From: a virus
Taxonomy: Duplodnaviria > Caudoviricetes
Length of the DNA: 64,000 bases
IMG/VR virus record: IMGVR_UViG_3300009553_000023
Coordinates: 1,448 to 65,447 of that record
Strand: one strand, 5' to 3'
The notes under the pieces: generated by a model
The model's database searches: none
What the model saw: the letters and a program-made list of their open reading frames with translations, nothing else
Told to the model about the DNA's origin: nothing
Program-made: the position numbers and the translations under genes
Part shown: one piece after another, positions 55,715 through 64,000 of the stretch
Numbering within the stretch: the first letter of the stretch is position 1
Layout: each line of letters begins with the position of its first letter

Positions 55715-56442
55715 AGCCCGTACTCCTCGACCTCTTCTGCGGTGCTGGCGGCTGCACCAAGGGCTACCAAGAAGCTGGCTTCTACGTCGTCGGCGTGGAT
55801 ATCGAGCCACAGCCGAACTACTGCGGGGACCTGTTCGTGCAGGCCGACGCACTGGAGATGGCAGCAGCCCTGGCGAAAGACGGGGCTCTGTTCTGCGGGC
55901 CGGGCTTGACCATCCTGATCCCCGACGCCATTCACGCCTCCCCGCCTTGCCAGGCCTACACGAAGTACCACAACACCGGCAATGTAGGGGAGTACCCCGA
56001 CCTCATTGCCCCAGCCCGCGAGTTGCTCAGCACAACCGGAATTCCCTCGGTGATCGAGAACGTTGAGGGCGCGCCCCTCAGTGACCCGATCCTCATCTGC
56101 GGCTCGATGTTCGACCCGCCGATGGATATCCGTCGCCACCGACTGTTCGAGTGCAGCTGGGACCTCACCCCACCGCTTTGGCCTTGCCGGCACAAGCTGC
56201 ACGGACCCGATCGCTTCCCCGGCGGCCGCTCCAAGGCCCGCACAGGCTCGAGCCGAGGACGAGTCAGAGGCACGGTTGAGATTGGCTCATGGGATATCCC
56301 GCTCAATCGCCAAAGGGCGGCGATGGGCATCGACTGGATGACGCTCGAGGAGCTCAGCGAGGCCATCCCACCCGCCTACACGCGCCACATCGGCGAGCAG
56401 CTGATGGCCCACCTCGAGCAGCCATCGGAACTCGCCGCATGA
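55711..56442 (+). CDS. C5-cytosine DNA methyltransferase
   Basis: LDLFCGAGG, HASPPCQ, IENV, RHRLFE, EAIPPAYT. Confidence 0.9.
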   Translation: MKPVLLDLFCGAGGCTKGYQEAGFYVVGVDIEPQPNYCGDLFVQADALEMAAALAKDGALFCGPGLTILIPDAIHASPPCQAYTKYHNTGNVGEYPDLIAPARELLSTTGIPSVIENVEGAPLSDPILICGSMFDPPMDIRRHRLFECSWDLTPPLWPCRHKLHGPDRFPGGRSKARTGSSRGRVRGTVEIGSWDIPLNRQRAAMGIDWMTLEELSEAIPPAYTRHIGEQLMAHLEQPSELAA

Positions 56443-56471
56443 CTTCCTACCCCCGAAAGGAGCGCCCCCCA

Positions 56472-56828
56472 ATGAGCGCTGAGACCGACACGGAGACCGA
56501 CCACAAGGCAGAGGCGCTGAGGATGCTCGACGTCGCGGTGAAGCACGGGAAGGAAACCGGGGATCCCCCGCTTCCCCAGCACGGCTTCCTCGCTGCCCTC
56601 GTCTATTCCAACCTAGCCATAGCCGAGGGACAGGAGCGGGTGGCGGAGGCACTGGAGGGCGAGCGAGCATTGCCGCGAGGCGTCGAGAACGGCGACCTGA
56701 CGCGCTGGATTCTAGATGGCCTCGAACTGCCTGCCGATGATCCGGGAAACGCCGAGGCGGCGCGGGTGCAGCGAGTCATCCAGGTTGCGGTTGAAGGCTG
56801 GTTCGCACCCGCTGGAGCAGGCGAGTGA
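56472..56828 (+). CDS. hypothetical protein
   Basis: GAAAGGAG RBS. Confidence 0.6.
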   Translation: MSAETDTETDHKAEALRMLDVAVKHGKETGDPPLPQHGFLAALVYSNLAIAEGQERVAEALEGERALPRGVENGDLTRWILDGLELPADDPGNAEAARVQRVIQVAVEGWFAPAGAGE

Positions 56829-57040
56829 CCGCCTACCGCGCCATCGTCAAGGTCGCTCTCGACGCGACGGCCGAGGAGCGCGTCACGGCCCTCGTCAAAG
56901 GCATTGAGGAATGCGCGCTGGAGCTTGTCGGTGAGCTTGGCAAGGGCGCCGACTTCCTCGATAACGCCTTGGAGGACGCCCGGTCTGTCGCTGAACACGA
57001 ACTTGAAATGCGGCGGTTCCGCGAAGAGGAGAAAGCATGA
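56825..57040 (+). CDS. hypothetical protein
   Basis: GTGA coupling. Confidence 0.55.
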   Translation: MTAYRAIVKVALDATAEERVTALVKGIEECALELVGELGKGADFLDNALEDARSVAEHELEMRRFREEEKA

Positions 57041-57372
57041 CCGGCCCCTCCACACAGGACAGTCCGAAGGTGCCGGAGAAGTGGGCGCCTCAGGAGCTTG
57101 TGCGGCTTCGCTCCGGCTGTGTGCCAACGACCCCCGCTGAGGGCGATTCCTTGCGCGGCCTTGAAGCCGAAACCTACATCCCCGTCTCCGCCTTCCTCTC
57201 CGATGCGACGGTGGAGGTGCTGGCTCAGCGGCTTTACGAGGAACACGGCGTTGAGCGACCCCAGGAACGAAGGTGGTCGGCAACAGTAGAGGCAGTCCGC
57301 GAGATGTACCGCCAGGATGCCCGCGCCCACTTGCAGGCCGTTGCCGAGCAGGTAGGAGGTGGTCAGGGATGA
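57037..57372 (+). CDS. hypothetical protein
   Basis: ATGA coupling; GAGGAG RBS. Confidence 0.55.
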   Translation: MTGPSTQDSPKVPEKWAPQELVRLRSGCVPTTPAEGDSLRGLEAETYIPVSAFLSDATVEVLAQRLYEEHGVERPQERRWSATVEAVREMYRQDARAHLQAVAEQVGGGQG

Positions 57373-57526
57373 GCGAGCCAAGCGCCCTCGACCGGATTGT
57401 CGCTGACAACGATCCCCGCAACGGCTCCATCGCTCAGCGGTTGATCCGCATGTCGGAGCAGCCCGACCGTCAGCCCAACGAGGAAGGGCTTTATGACGAC
57501 GCCTCTCCCGCAGGAGGCAAAGACCA

Positions 57527-57880
57527 GTGAGCGATCTAGCGCCGAAGGGTCAACTGATCGCGCTGGGCCTCGAACAGCGCACCGAGCCTGACGAGGAGTG
57601 GGGCAAGGGCTGGTACCTGCGCCCCGGCGAATGGGAGTTCGGCCCCTTCCTGGCTCGCTTGTGGCCGTGGGCGATCGCGCTGAAGTGCGCCGTCTGCATT
57701 CTGCTTGGCCGCAAAGGCTCAGAGCGCTGGACCGAGGACTGGATCATGGTCGCGGCTTGGGATGGCGAACGCTGCAACGGCTACCCCGAAGCCAGCTACG
57801 ACCAGTGGAAGGAACTTCGCGTTCGCAAGGGCTGGCGCCCCTCTACCTGGCTGTACGACGCAAGGACGGAATCCACATGA
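57527..57880 (+). CDS. Trp-rich hypothetical protein
   Basis: AGGAGG RBS; coupled. Confidence 0.55.
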   Translation: MSDLAPKGQLIALGLEQRTEPDEEWGKGWYLRPGEWEFGPFLARLWPWAIALKCAVCILLGRKGSERWTEDWIMVAAWDGERCNGYPEASYDQWKELRVRKGWRPSTWLYDARTEST

Positions 57881-59859
57881 GCGACCGCACGCAGACGCTC
57901 ACGGTGGAGATCGAGGTGAACCGCTCGGATGCCGAGCGCTGGATCGGCGGCCGAGGGTCAGATGCCATCCTGGACAATCTTCTGCGGCCGGCCATAAGGC
58001 AAGCCCTCGCCCAGCCAGAGCACCAGGGGGACGAGGGACTGGCACAAAAGCTGCGAGACAAGGCCGCCGAAAAGCGTGACCTCTCAGCGAAATGCGAAAC
58101 GGTTGCGGCCGGAGAACGTGCCCTCGGCGTGGCGGAAGGATTCGATCTGGCCGCCGATCTACTGCCCCCCGCCCCAGCACTTAGCGACAAGGAGAGGGAG
58201 CGACTGGCCTCGATCGCCGGGCTACTGGACGCCGCGATAGAACGCGGACAACTGACTTCACCGGTCTGGAGTGAAGAGGCCACCTTCCTCCGCGCCGCCG
58301 CCGCCGAGAGTCCTGGCCGAGGGGGCGCTAGCGGACTGCGCGAAGCGCTGGAACGCGCGTGGCTACTGGGCTGGCACTACTGCGACGACATGGGAGAGCG
58401 GACCTCCGTTGAGGAGTGCACAAAGGTGGCGGAAGCCCATGCCTACTCTGCGCTTTGCGAGCAGGTAACAGAGCGAGCCGAGGAAGAGCGCGACAAATGG
58501 AAGTTCGAGCCATGTAGGTGTGGAGGGGGAGTACTTAGCGCCGAGGAGAGGGATCAACTACGCAAAGCGGCGCAGCTTCTCAAGGAAACGACAGAAGGCC
58601 CCGACCCATACGCCGACGATCTCATCGGCTGCCTCCGCAACCTCGCCTCTCAGGAGCACCGGGGGGAAGAACCGGCACTTCGCCGCGAGCGAGCAGTCAC
58701 TGAACTCTTGGCGCTCGCCGCCATCGCTGACAGCCAACGGATGCGCGAAGAGTTGGAGGCTCTGGCTGCCCGCTTTTCGTTGCCGCCGCTTTCCTCCGAC
58801 CCCTCGCCAGGAGAGGTAGGGAAGCTACGGGAACGACTGCTTTCCAACACCGCTCTCTACGCCGCGAAGCAAAAGTGGGCTGAGAGCGGGGCTAGCTGGC
58901 ACGACGCCGTCGAGGCACTTATCGACGCTGCCTACCAGCTCCAGGAGTTCCCCAAAGTCTGCCAACGGTGCGCCCAAGAGAAGGCCGGGTGCATCCGAGT
59001 AGGCGACGACTGGCTATGCCCCACCTGCAACCCAGCCCCCAGCCAGGTAGAGGGAGACGAAAGCCACGCCGTTGAGGGCGCTGAAGAACGCGGCTACGAG
59101 GAGGACCGCCAACCAGAGCCAGGAGACGAGGAGGACTGGCCGGAGGTTGAGCTTGTCCGAATCGCTGGCACCAAACTGCTCAGACTCGTCACTGACGGAG
59201 CCACCTACAGCAACGCACACGAGTTCCGCCGCTATCTACCCGCTACCTCCCAGGACTCCTCAGGGCTGGAGGCGATGCGAGTGGCCGCGTCGATGTACAA
59301 GCAGCTTGCGGAGGAACGAGGGGGCCGCGCAGAGCGAGCCGAAACCGCACTAGAGGAGTTGGTGGCCGAACTCAACGCTGAGGCCAAGGCGGTCGAGGGG
59401 AAGGCTAAGGAGGCGAGACGCGCGAGAACGCATTGCCCCGAGCATGGGGAGCTGTGCGGGCGACCCAACTGGACCGGGTATTGCTGCTGGCGGGTCGAAC
59501 GAGTCGAGGAGTGGATCGAGGACTATGACAATGCTCTGGCTTCGGCCCTGTCGCGGGTTGAGACGCTCGAAGCCGAACTCTCCCAAGCCCTAGCAGCCGG
59601 CCTCAGCGATGGGGATCGGGAGCTGATTCGCAACATGGCAACGCGAATCGAAGAAGGGATGCCGGAGTGCCTGCCCGAGGCTCGCGTCCTCCGCAAGCTC
59701 GCCACCCCGAAGGAGGGGGGGGAGGAGACGATCACGGTTGCTCGCGCTCGGATGCAGTTGCGCGAGGCATTCGAGACCTCTGAACCGCCCCAGGACGGCA
59801 CGGACCTGGAGTACTTCATCCGCCGTGCGCTCCCCTCGAAGGAGGCCGACCGTGACTGA
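57877..59859 (+). CDS. large mosaic hypothetical protein
   Basis: 660 aa from ATG 57877; repeated LSxxE/DRxxL modules; Zn ribbon. Confidence 0.6.
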   Translation: MSDRTQTLTVEIEVNRSDAERWIGGRGSDAILDNLLRPAIRQALAQPEHQGDEGLAQKLRDKAAEKRDLSAKCETVAAGERALGVAEGFDLAADLLPPAPALSDKERERLASIAGLLDAAIERGQLTSPVWSEEATFLRAAAAESPGRGGASGLREALERAWLLGWHYCDDMGERTSVEECTKVAEAHAYSALCEQVTERAEEERDKWKFEPCRCGGGVLSAEERDQLRKAAQLLKETTEGPDPYADDLIGCLRNLASQEHRGEEPALRRERAVTELLALAAIADSQRMREELEALAARFSLPPLSSDPSPGEVGKLRERLLSNTALYAAKQKWAESGASWHDAVEALIDAAYQLQEFPKVCQRCAQEKAGCIRVGDDWLCPTCNPAPSQVEGDESHAVEGAEERGYEEDRQPEPGDEEDWPEVELVRIAGTKLLRLVTDGATYSNAHEFRRYLPATSQDSSGLEAMRVAASMYKQLAEERGGRAERAETALEELVAELNAEAKAVEGKAKEARRARTHCPEHGELCGRPNWTGYCCWRVERVEEWIEDYDNALASALSRVETLEAELSQALAAGLSDGDRELIRNMATRIEEGMPECLPEARVLRKLATPKEGGEETITVARARMQLREAFETSEPPQDGTDLEYFIRRALPSKEADRD

Positions 59860-60418
59860 GTGGAGCGAGCAGTGGGTGCTCTACCTGAACGCCGAGCGCG
59901 AGCGGGTGGCCTACGGAATGCATATCGGTGAAGGGGTCGAGGTCGTCCCCAAGCAAGAGGCCGAGCAGAAGATCGAGGAGGCCAGGGAGAAGAGCGCTGA
60001 GTACACGGCGCGAGCGGTCGCGGCCGAGCAAGACTTGCGCCGAAAGGTCGAAGCGGAGTTGGAGGAGTTCAGGCGCTCGGCCTCATCCAACGCCGTGGTT
60101 GACGTGATCGCAGAAAACGCTGCACTCCGCACCCGCGCCGACCAAGCCCTAAAGCAAGGGGCAGCCGAAGAGCGCCAGAACACTCTGCGAGAAAAAGGGC
60201 GGGCAGAGCATGCAGAGCGTGCCCTAGATCGCGCTCGGCAAGGGGCTGCGGAAGAGCGAGCGCGGCTGAGGGAGAAGCTGAAGCGCCTGCTCGACCGGGC
60301 GCCGTCGGCACCACTCGCGGTCCTCAGCCAACACCCCCCAGACGAGGGCCGGGTCTACGCGCTTGATCCAGACGATCTTCTCTCCGCAATAGACCAGGAG
60401 GACTCCAGTGAGCGGTGA
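59852..60418 (+). CDS. coiled-coil hypothetical protein
   Basis: AAGGAGG RBS; internal QGAAEER duplication. Confidence 0.55.
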   Translation: MTEWSEQWVLYLNAERERVAYGMHIGEGVEVVPKQEAEQKIEEAREKSAEYTARAVAAEQDLRRKVEAELEEFRRSASSNAVVDVIAENAALRTRADQALKQGAAEERQNTLREKGRAEHAERALDRARQGAAEERARLREKLKRLLDRAPSAPLAVLSQHPPDEGRVYALDPDDLLSAIDQEDSSER

Positions 60419-60779
60419 GCGGCTAGAGGGCGAGTGGCGCTGCTCGGCTTGCGGCCACGGTGAGCATCTCTGCGGCTGCGCCATCGCCGTGGTGTACGGG
60501 CGCCTGGAAGCCAACGGCGAACTGACAGAGGATCACGTGACGCAAGACGGCCTTTTCGAGGACAGCGTCGAGTGCATCGTGCACCAATCCACTGCGCCGC
60601 TCGAACGCTGGATCGCCGGGGCCTGGTGCCGTTTTCAGCGCTGTGAGAAATGCGACGGGCGAGGCGAAACGCAGCGACCTCGCGAATTCGGCGGCTATTC
60701 CCGCCACTTCTGCCGTCCCTGCAACGGTCGCGGCGGTCATTGGGTTCCTGTCGCCGAGGCGGTGATGGTCGATGCCTAG
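60408..60779 (+). CDS. Zn-finger protein
   Basis: CSACG, CEKCDGRG, CRPCNGRG. Confidence 0.6.
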   Translation: MSGERLEGEWRCSACGHGEHLCGCAIAVVYGRLEANGELTEDHVTQDGLFEDSVECIVHQSTAPLERWIAGAWCRFQRCEKCDGRGETQRPREFGGYSRHFCRPCNGRGGHWVPVAEAVMVDA

Positions 60780-61083
60780 CTACGAGCTACCGGAGGGGGT
60801 GGAGACGATGCTGGTCCGCGTCTGCGCGGGCTGCAACGAGCCGATCAGGTCCACCAGTGGGCACATCCACAAACGCTTCTCACCTGCCCAGCAGATCAAG
60901 GTCGTCCGCCTCTCCGACCTCGACGCCATCCGCTCTCAGGAGCGTCAACGAGTAAGGGAGGCGCTCCGTCGGCCAGTTTCAAGCGACGCAATCTTGAAGG
61001 CGTATCAGCAAGGCGGCTGGCCCAAGGTATTCGAGGTTCGCATCTTCCAAGTCCTCGACTCTCTGGAGGACGGGGATGAGTAG
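60772..61083 (+). CDS. hypothetical protein
   Basis: Coupled ORF. Confidence 0.5.
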   Translation: MPSYELPEGVETMLVRVCAGCNEPIRSTSGHIHKRFSPAQQIKVVRLSDLDAIRSQERQRVREALRRPVSSDAILKAYQQGGWPKVFEVRIFQVLDSLEDGDE

Positions 61084-61267
61084 CCAGGCGAATGTTCGGG
61101 CCGTCGGTGTCGTATTCGTCTTGGTTGGCGCCGGTCTAAATGCCTTCCTGCCCTACAGCGGGACCAAGGTGATTGCGGCGCTTGCGGGCCTGCTCATCGG
61201 ACTGGGCATCCACTACATCTGGCCAATCCCGGACTCCAATACACGTGAGGAGGCAGGGGATGGCTGA
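61076..61267 (+). CDS. two-TM membrane protein
   Basis: Two hydrophobic segments; GGAGG RBS. Confidence 0.55.
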   Translation: MSSQANVRAVGVVFVLVGAGLNAFLPYSGTKVIAALAGLLIGLGIHYIWPIPDSNTREEAGDG

Positions 61268-61625
61268 GCCAAAGGTCGCAATCGACTTCCCGTGGCCCGT
61301 AGAGGCTGGCTTCGAGGGCATGGGCCAATGGTTCAAATTCCCGACTGATCTAGGTGACGCTCATGGCGGCCATGCTCCGCTGCAAGACGGGACGCTGATC
61401 GCCTTCCTAGCCGACCCGCTCGGCAACGCCTGTTTCGCACGACTTCGCCCCGAGACCAACTGGGCGATTGAGGAGAGGCGCAAGGGCAAGTGGCCGCCCG
61501 CGATCAAGGAGCCGATGGACCAAGCGTGGCGGACCTTGCTCGACGCCTTCGCCGCCGCGAACCGCAAGATGCGCGCGCTTGAAGCCTCGGCCGGGCAGCT
61601 AAAGGACGGCGACGATGGCGAGTAG
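61260..61625 (+). CDS. hypothetical protein
   Basis: GAGGAGG RBS; MAEPKVAIDFPW. Confidence 0.55.
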   Translation: MAEPKVAIDFPWPVEAGFEGMGQWFKFPTDLGDAHGGHAPLQDGTLIAFLADPLGNACFARLRPETNWAIEERRKGKWPPAIKEPMDQAWRTLLDAFAAANRKMRALEASAGQLKDGDDGE

Positions 61626-62079
61626 GGCGCAGATGTGCGGGAAAGTCCCGATGGGACCCGAGACGACCCGCGCTAACCTCGAACCGGCAGCCCCATGCGG
61701 CAAGGGGGCGGAGGCGCCGGCTGCCGGGGGGCGCCCATGCCTGACCTTCACTCCGTCCCAACACCGGACACGCCTGAGCCCTCGCTCGAGGAGCGGCGCT
61801 GTGTCGAGCTCCACCGGGACCTCGGCTGGCTACGAGTCATCCGAGGCCACTGGGAGTTCGACGGGCTCTGGTCCCACTTCGTGCTCCCTCATCGCTGGGC
61901 ACGCTTCGAGCTCAACCTCACCCTCGGTCCTCTCTCAGTGCATCTCTTCCGTCGCAGGGTCCAAGAGCTTCCAGAGCCAGAGGAGTACCGGCGGCTTCAC
62001 GTGGTCGATCGATAGGGCTCAGAAGCACTACGGAAATGGGGTAGCCAAGAACCGCCAACGACAGAAAGGCGGTTCCTTC

Positions 62080-62292
62080 ATGCCCCAGCCCGGCGATCGA
62101 CTTCGGATCAAGGAAAACCGACCCACCTCTGAGCGTCTCCCCGACGAGTTCGAAGGCACGTTGGTCTCGGAAAGCAGCGGGGAGGAGGGCACCTGGCTCG
62201 TGCTGAAGGACTGCTCCCCTGGAGCTCCTCAGCGGCTTGTGCTGTGGGAGTACTGCGAGGCGGTTGAGTTGGTGAAGGCGGACTCAGGATGA
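62080..62292 (+). CDS. small hypothetical protein
   Basis: AGAAAGG RBS; MPQPGDRLRIKE. Confidence 0.5.
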   Translation: MPQPGDRLRIKENRPTSERLPDEFEGTLVSESSGEEGTWLVLKDCSPGAPQRLVLWEYCEAVELVKADSG

Positions 62293-62465
62293 AGCTTCGT
62301 CCGATCTCCAAAGAGCTTCAGAAGCGTGGATTGTTGTCCCGGCCAGGGCCGAGCAATCCCCAGATCCTCACCGAGCGTGGTCGTGAAGCACTGGCTTGGG
62401 CACCCGTCGGAAGAGAGAAGGCGCCGGAAGCCCTCACGTTGGAGCAGCAGGGGGAGGGGCGCTAG

Positions 62466-62678
62466 GTGGCCGCGATACGCATTGTCGATCCCGTGGAGGC
62501 CCCCTTCTTCACCGTGCCCTCGCTGGCCAAACGCCTCAGCGTCGACCGAAAGACGGTCCGGCGGATGCTCGAAGACGGGGAAATTGCGTATTACGAAGTC
62601 CGCTCGGCCATCAGGATCGACCCTCAGGACGTAGATTCCTACCTCGCTAGGAGGCGAAGCGACCGAAGGGCAGCTTGA
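62466..62678 (+). CDS. xis: excisionase (HTH_17/MerR-like)
   Basis: FFTVPSLAKRLSVDRKTVRRMLEDGEI...IRIDPQDVDSYL; upstream of integrase. Confidence 0.85.
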   Translation: MAAIRIVDPVEAPFFTVPSLAKRLSVDRKTVRRMLEDGEIAYYEVRSAIRIDPQDVDSYLARRRSDRRAA

Positions 62679-63814
62679 GGCGACGCGAGGCACCGATACC
62701 AAGGATCAACCCGTCCGGCAAAAAGGTCTGGGTCGCCCGCTACACGAACTCCGCCGGCAAGCGCAAGAGCGCTGGCACCTTCCCACTGAGGAAGGAAGCC
62801 GTCGAAGCGATCGAGGAGGCCTATGGAAAGCCCGAGCGCTGGGACACCTTCGGTGCATATGCGGCCACCTGGATCGAGCGCCACCCCCGCTCGGAGCGGA
62901 CCAACGAGACTGCTTCGCGCCCTCGCCTGAACGCCGTCCTCGACATTGAAATCGAGGGTCGCCCTCTTCGGGGCTGGCCATACCCCGAGCTCCGCCGACG
63001 CCACATGCTCGTCGTGATCGATCACCTCCTAGCGGTCCAAGGGCGAGCCGTTGCCGGGGTCATCGGGATCCGAAACACGCTATCGGCAATGACCGAGGAC
63101 GCGATCACCGACGAAGTGGCGGAAGTCAACTTCGCCAAGGGGGCAAAGGTCCGCGCCAAAGACCCCCGCGTCAGGAAGCCAGCGAAGAAGGCTCGCATCT
63201 GGACGTTCGATCAGTTGCGCGAGTTCGCCGCGGCCGGGAGACCTGAGGTCCGGGCACACACACCCAAGCCCAACAAGCACCGAAAGACCGGGGAGACGCT
63301 CTACTACTCGGCGATCGACTATCAGCCCATGCTGGCCGTCTTCGCGCTCAGCAATCTTCGGATCGGCGAGGTGCTGGCGCTGCGCCGCTCCCAGCTCGAC
63401 CTCGAGGCCGCCATGCTCCACCCAACCGGCAACGCCTACAACGGGGTTATCACCGAGGGTGATTCCCGCGAGAAGAAGCACGTCCGAGAAGTTCCTTTGG
63501 CGCCGTCGCTCGTCGATCTGCTCCGCGACCTCCCTCCTCGCATCGATACCCCCCTGCTCTTTCCGACCCCGAAGGGCACCGTCTGGCACGACTCGACCTT
63601 TCGGCGCGACGTCTGGGAGCCGGCGCAGATCGCCAGCGGCATGGATATCACTCCCCATGAGTGCCGCCACTCCTACGTCACGAACCTTCGAGCTGCAGGC
63701 ATCGACCCAGCCGACCTCGCGCAGGTCACCGGCCACGACATCGAGACCGCCACGCGCGTCTACACCAAGCCGCTGGGACAGAGCATGGACGCGATTCGGG
63801 CGGTAATCGGTTAG
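62675..63814 (+). CDS. int: tyrosine integrase
   Basis: LRIGEVLAL (R), HECRH (HxxR), GH, and VY (Tyr) catalytic set. Confidence 0.93.
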   Translation: MRRREAPIPRINPSGKKVWVARYTNSAGKRKSAGTFPLRKEAVEAIEEAYGKPERWDTFGAYAATWIERHPRSERTNETASRPRLNAVLDIEIEGRPLRGWPYPELRRRHMLVVIDHLLAVQGRAVAGVIGIRNTLSAMTEDAITDEVAEVNFAKGAKVRAKDPRVRKPAKKARIWTFDQLREFAAAGRPEVRAHTPKPNKHRKTGETLYYSAIDYQPMLAVFALSNLRIGEVLALRRSQLDLEAAMLHPTGNAYNGVITEGDSREKKHVREVPLAPSLVDLLRDLPPRIDTPLLFPTPKGTVWHDSTFRRDVWEPAQIASGMDITPHECRHSYVTNLRAAGIDPADLAQVTGHDIETATRVYTKPLGQSMDAIRAVIG

Positions 63815-63845
63815 GTCGAGGTCGCATCGCGGTCGCATCCGGTCG
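63814..63845 (+). repeat. putative integrase arm-type sites
   Basis: GGTCGCATC at 63820 and 63831 (11-bp period), flanked by GGTCG. Confidence 0.55.
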
Positions 63846-63878
63846 GTTTCATAAGCTGCAGAGCCAGTGCGCGACACC

Positions 63879-63920
63879 CTTCTAAGCCGATGGTCGCTGG
63901 TTCGAATCCAGCCTGGGGCG
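63879..63920 (+). other. att core: 3' half of tRNA-Arg(TCT), prophage boundary
   Basis: CTTCTAA loop, GCCGA, TGGTC, GCTGG-TTCGAAT-CCAGC, CTGGGGC-G; 5' half absent. Confidence 0.85.
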
Positions 63921-64000
63921 CTTTCTCAGCGCGAGCAACCCGACCGCGCCGAGGGCGACGGCGGCGAGGACCAGGGCGATGGTGATCAGTCCCGGGTTGC

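Larger units (their letters stand above)
1..63920. mobile_element. temperate siphovirus prophage (left end outside window)
   Basis: Head, tail, lysis, immunity, replication, int/xis and tRNA-derived att site. Confidence 0.93.

Noticed and set aside
63879-63920. Complete tRNA-Arg gene
   Set aside because: 5' acceptor strand, D-arm and 5' anticodon stem are missing; interpreted as att core
1-64000. CRISPR array, diversity-generating retroelement, retron, intein or IS
   Set aside because: No repeat-spacer array, reverse transcriptase, intein motifs or transposase seen by inspection

Overview
The window is most of a GC-rich temperate siphovirus prophage, and its right-hand attachment site lies at the end of the window. 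The host is inferred to be an Actinomycetota member (mIHF homologue, Rpf domain, actinobacterial LexA box), possibly Thermoleophilia/Solirubrobacterales. Gene order: SNF2 helicase; a predicted promoter followed by a ~490-nt highly structured RNA; beta-helix spike; terminase; portal-MuF; 2H-phosphoesterase/protease; scaffold; capsid; head-tail and tail genes (multi-enzyme tape measure); lysis cassette; accessory and immunity region (Rpf, HicAB, LexA-box gene, methyltransferase + hidden 19-aa peptide + winged-HTH regulator, repressor/Cro switch); a ~20-kb early operon (recombination, DNA methylases, replication initiator, mIHF); xis; tyrosine integrase; and the 3' half of a tRNA-Arg(TCT) as att core. 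The left prophage end is outside the window. Most notable features: (1) a candidate peptide-signalling module next to the immunity switch, (2) the large structured RNA upstream of the late genes, (3) a tRNA-like RNA with a D-loop insertion and a degenerate anticodon arm, (4) a 2H phosphoesterase fused to an apparently split prohead protease. All calls were made by eye from motifs and synteny; no searches were run.
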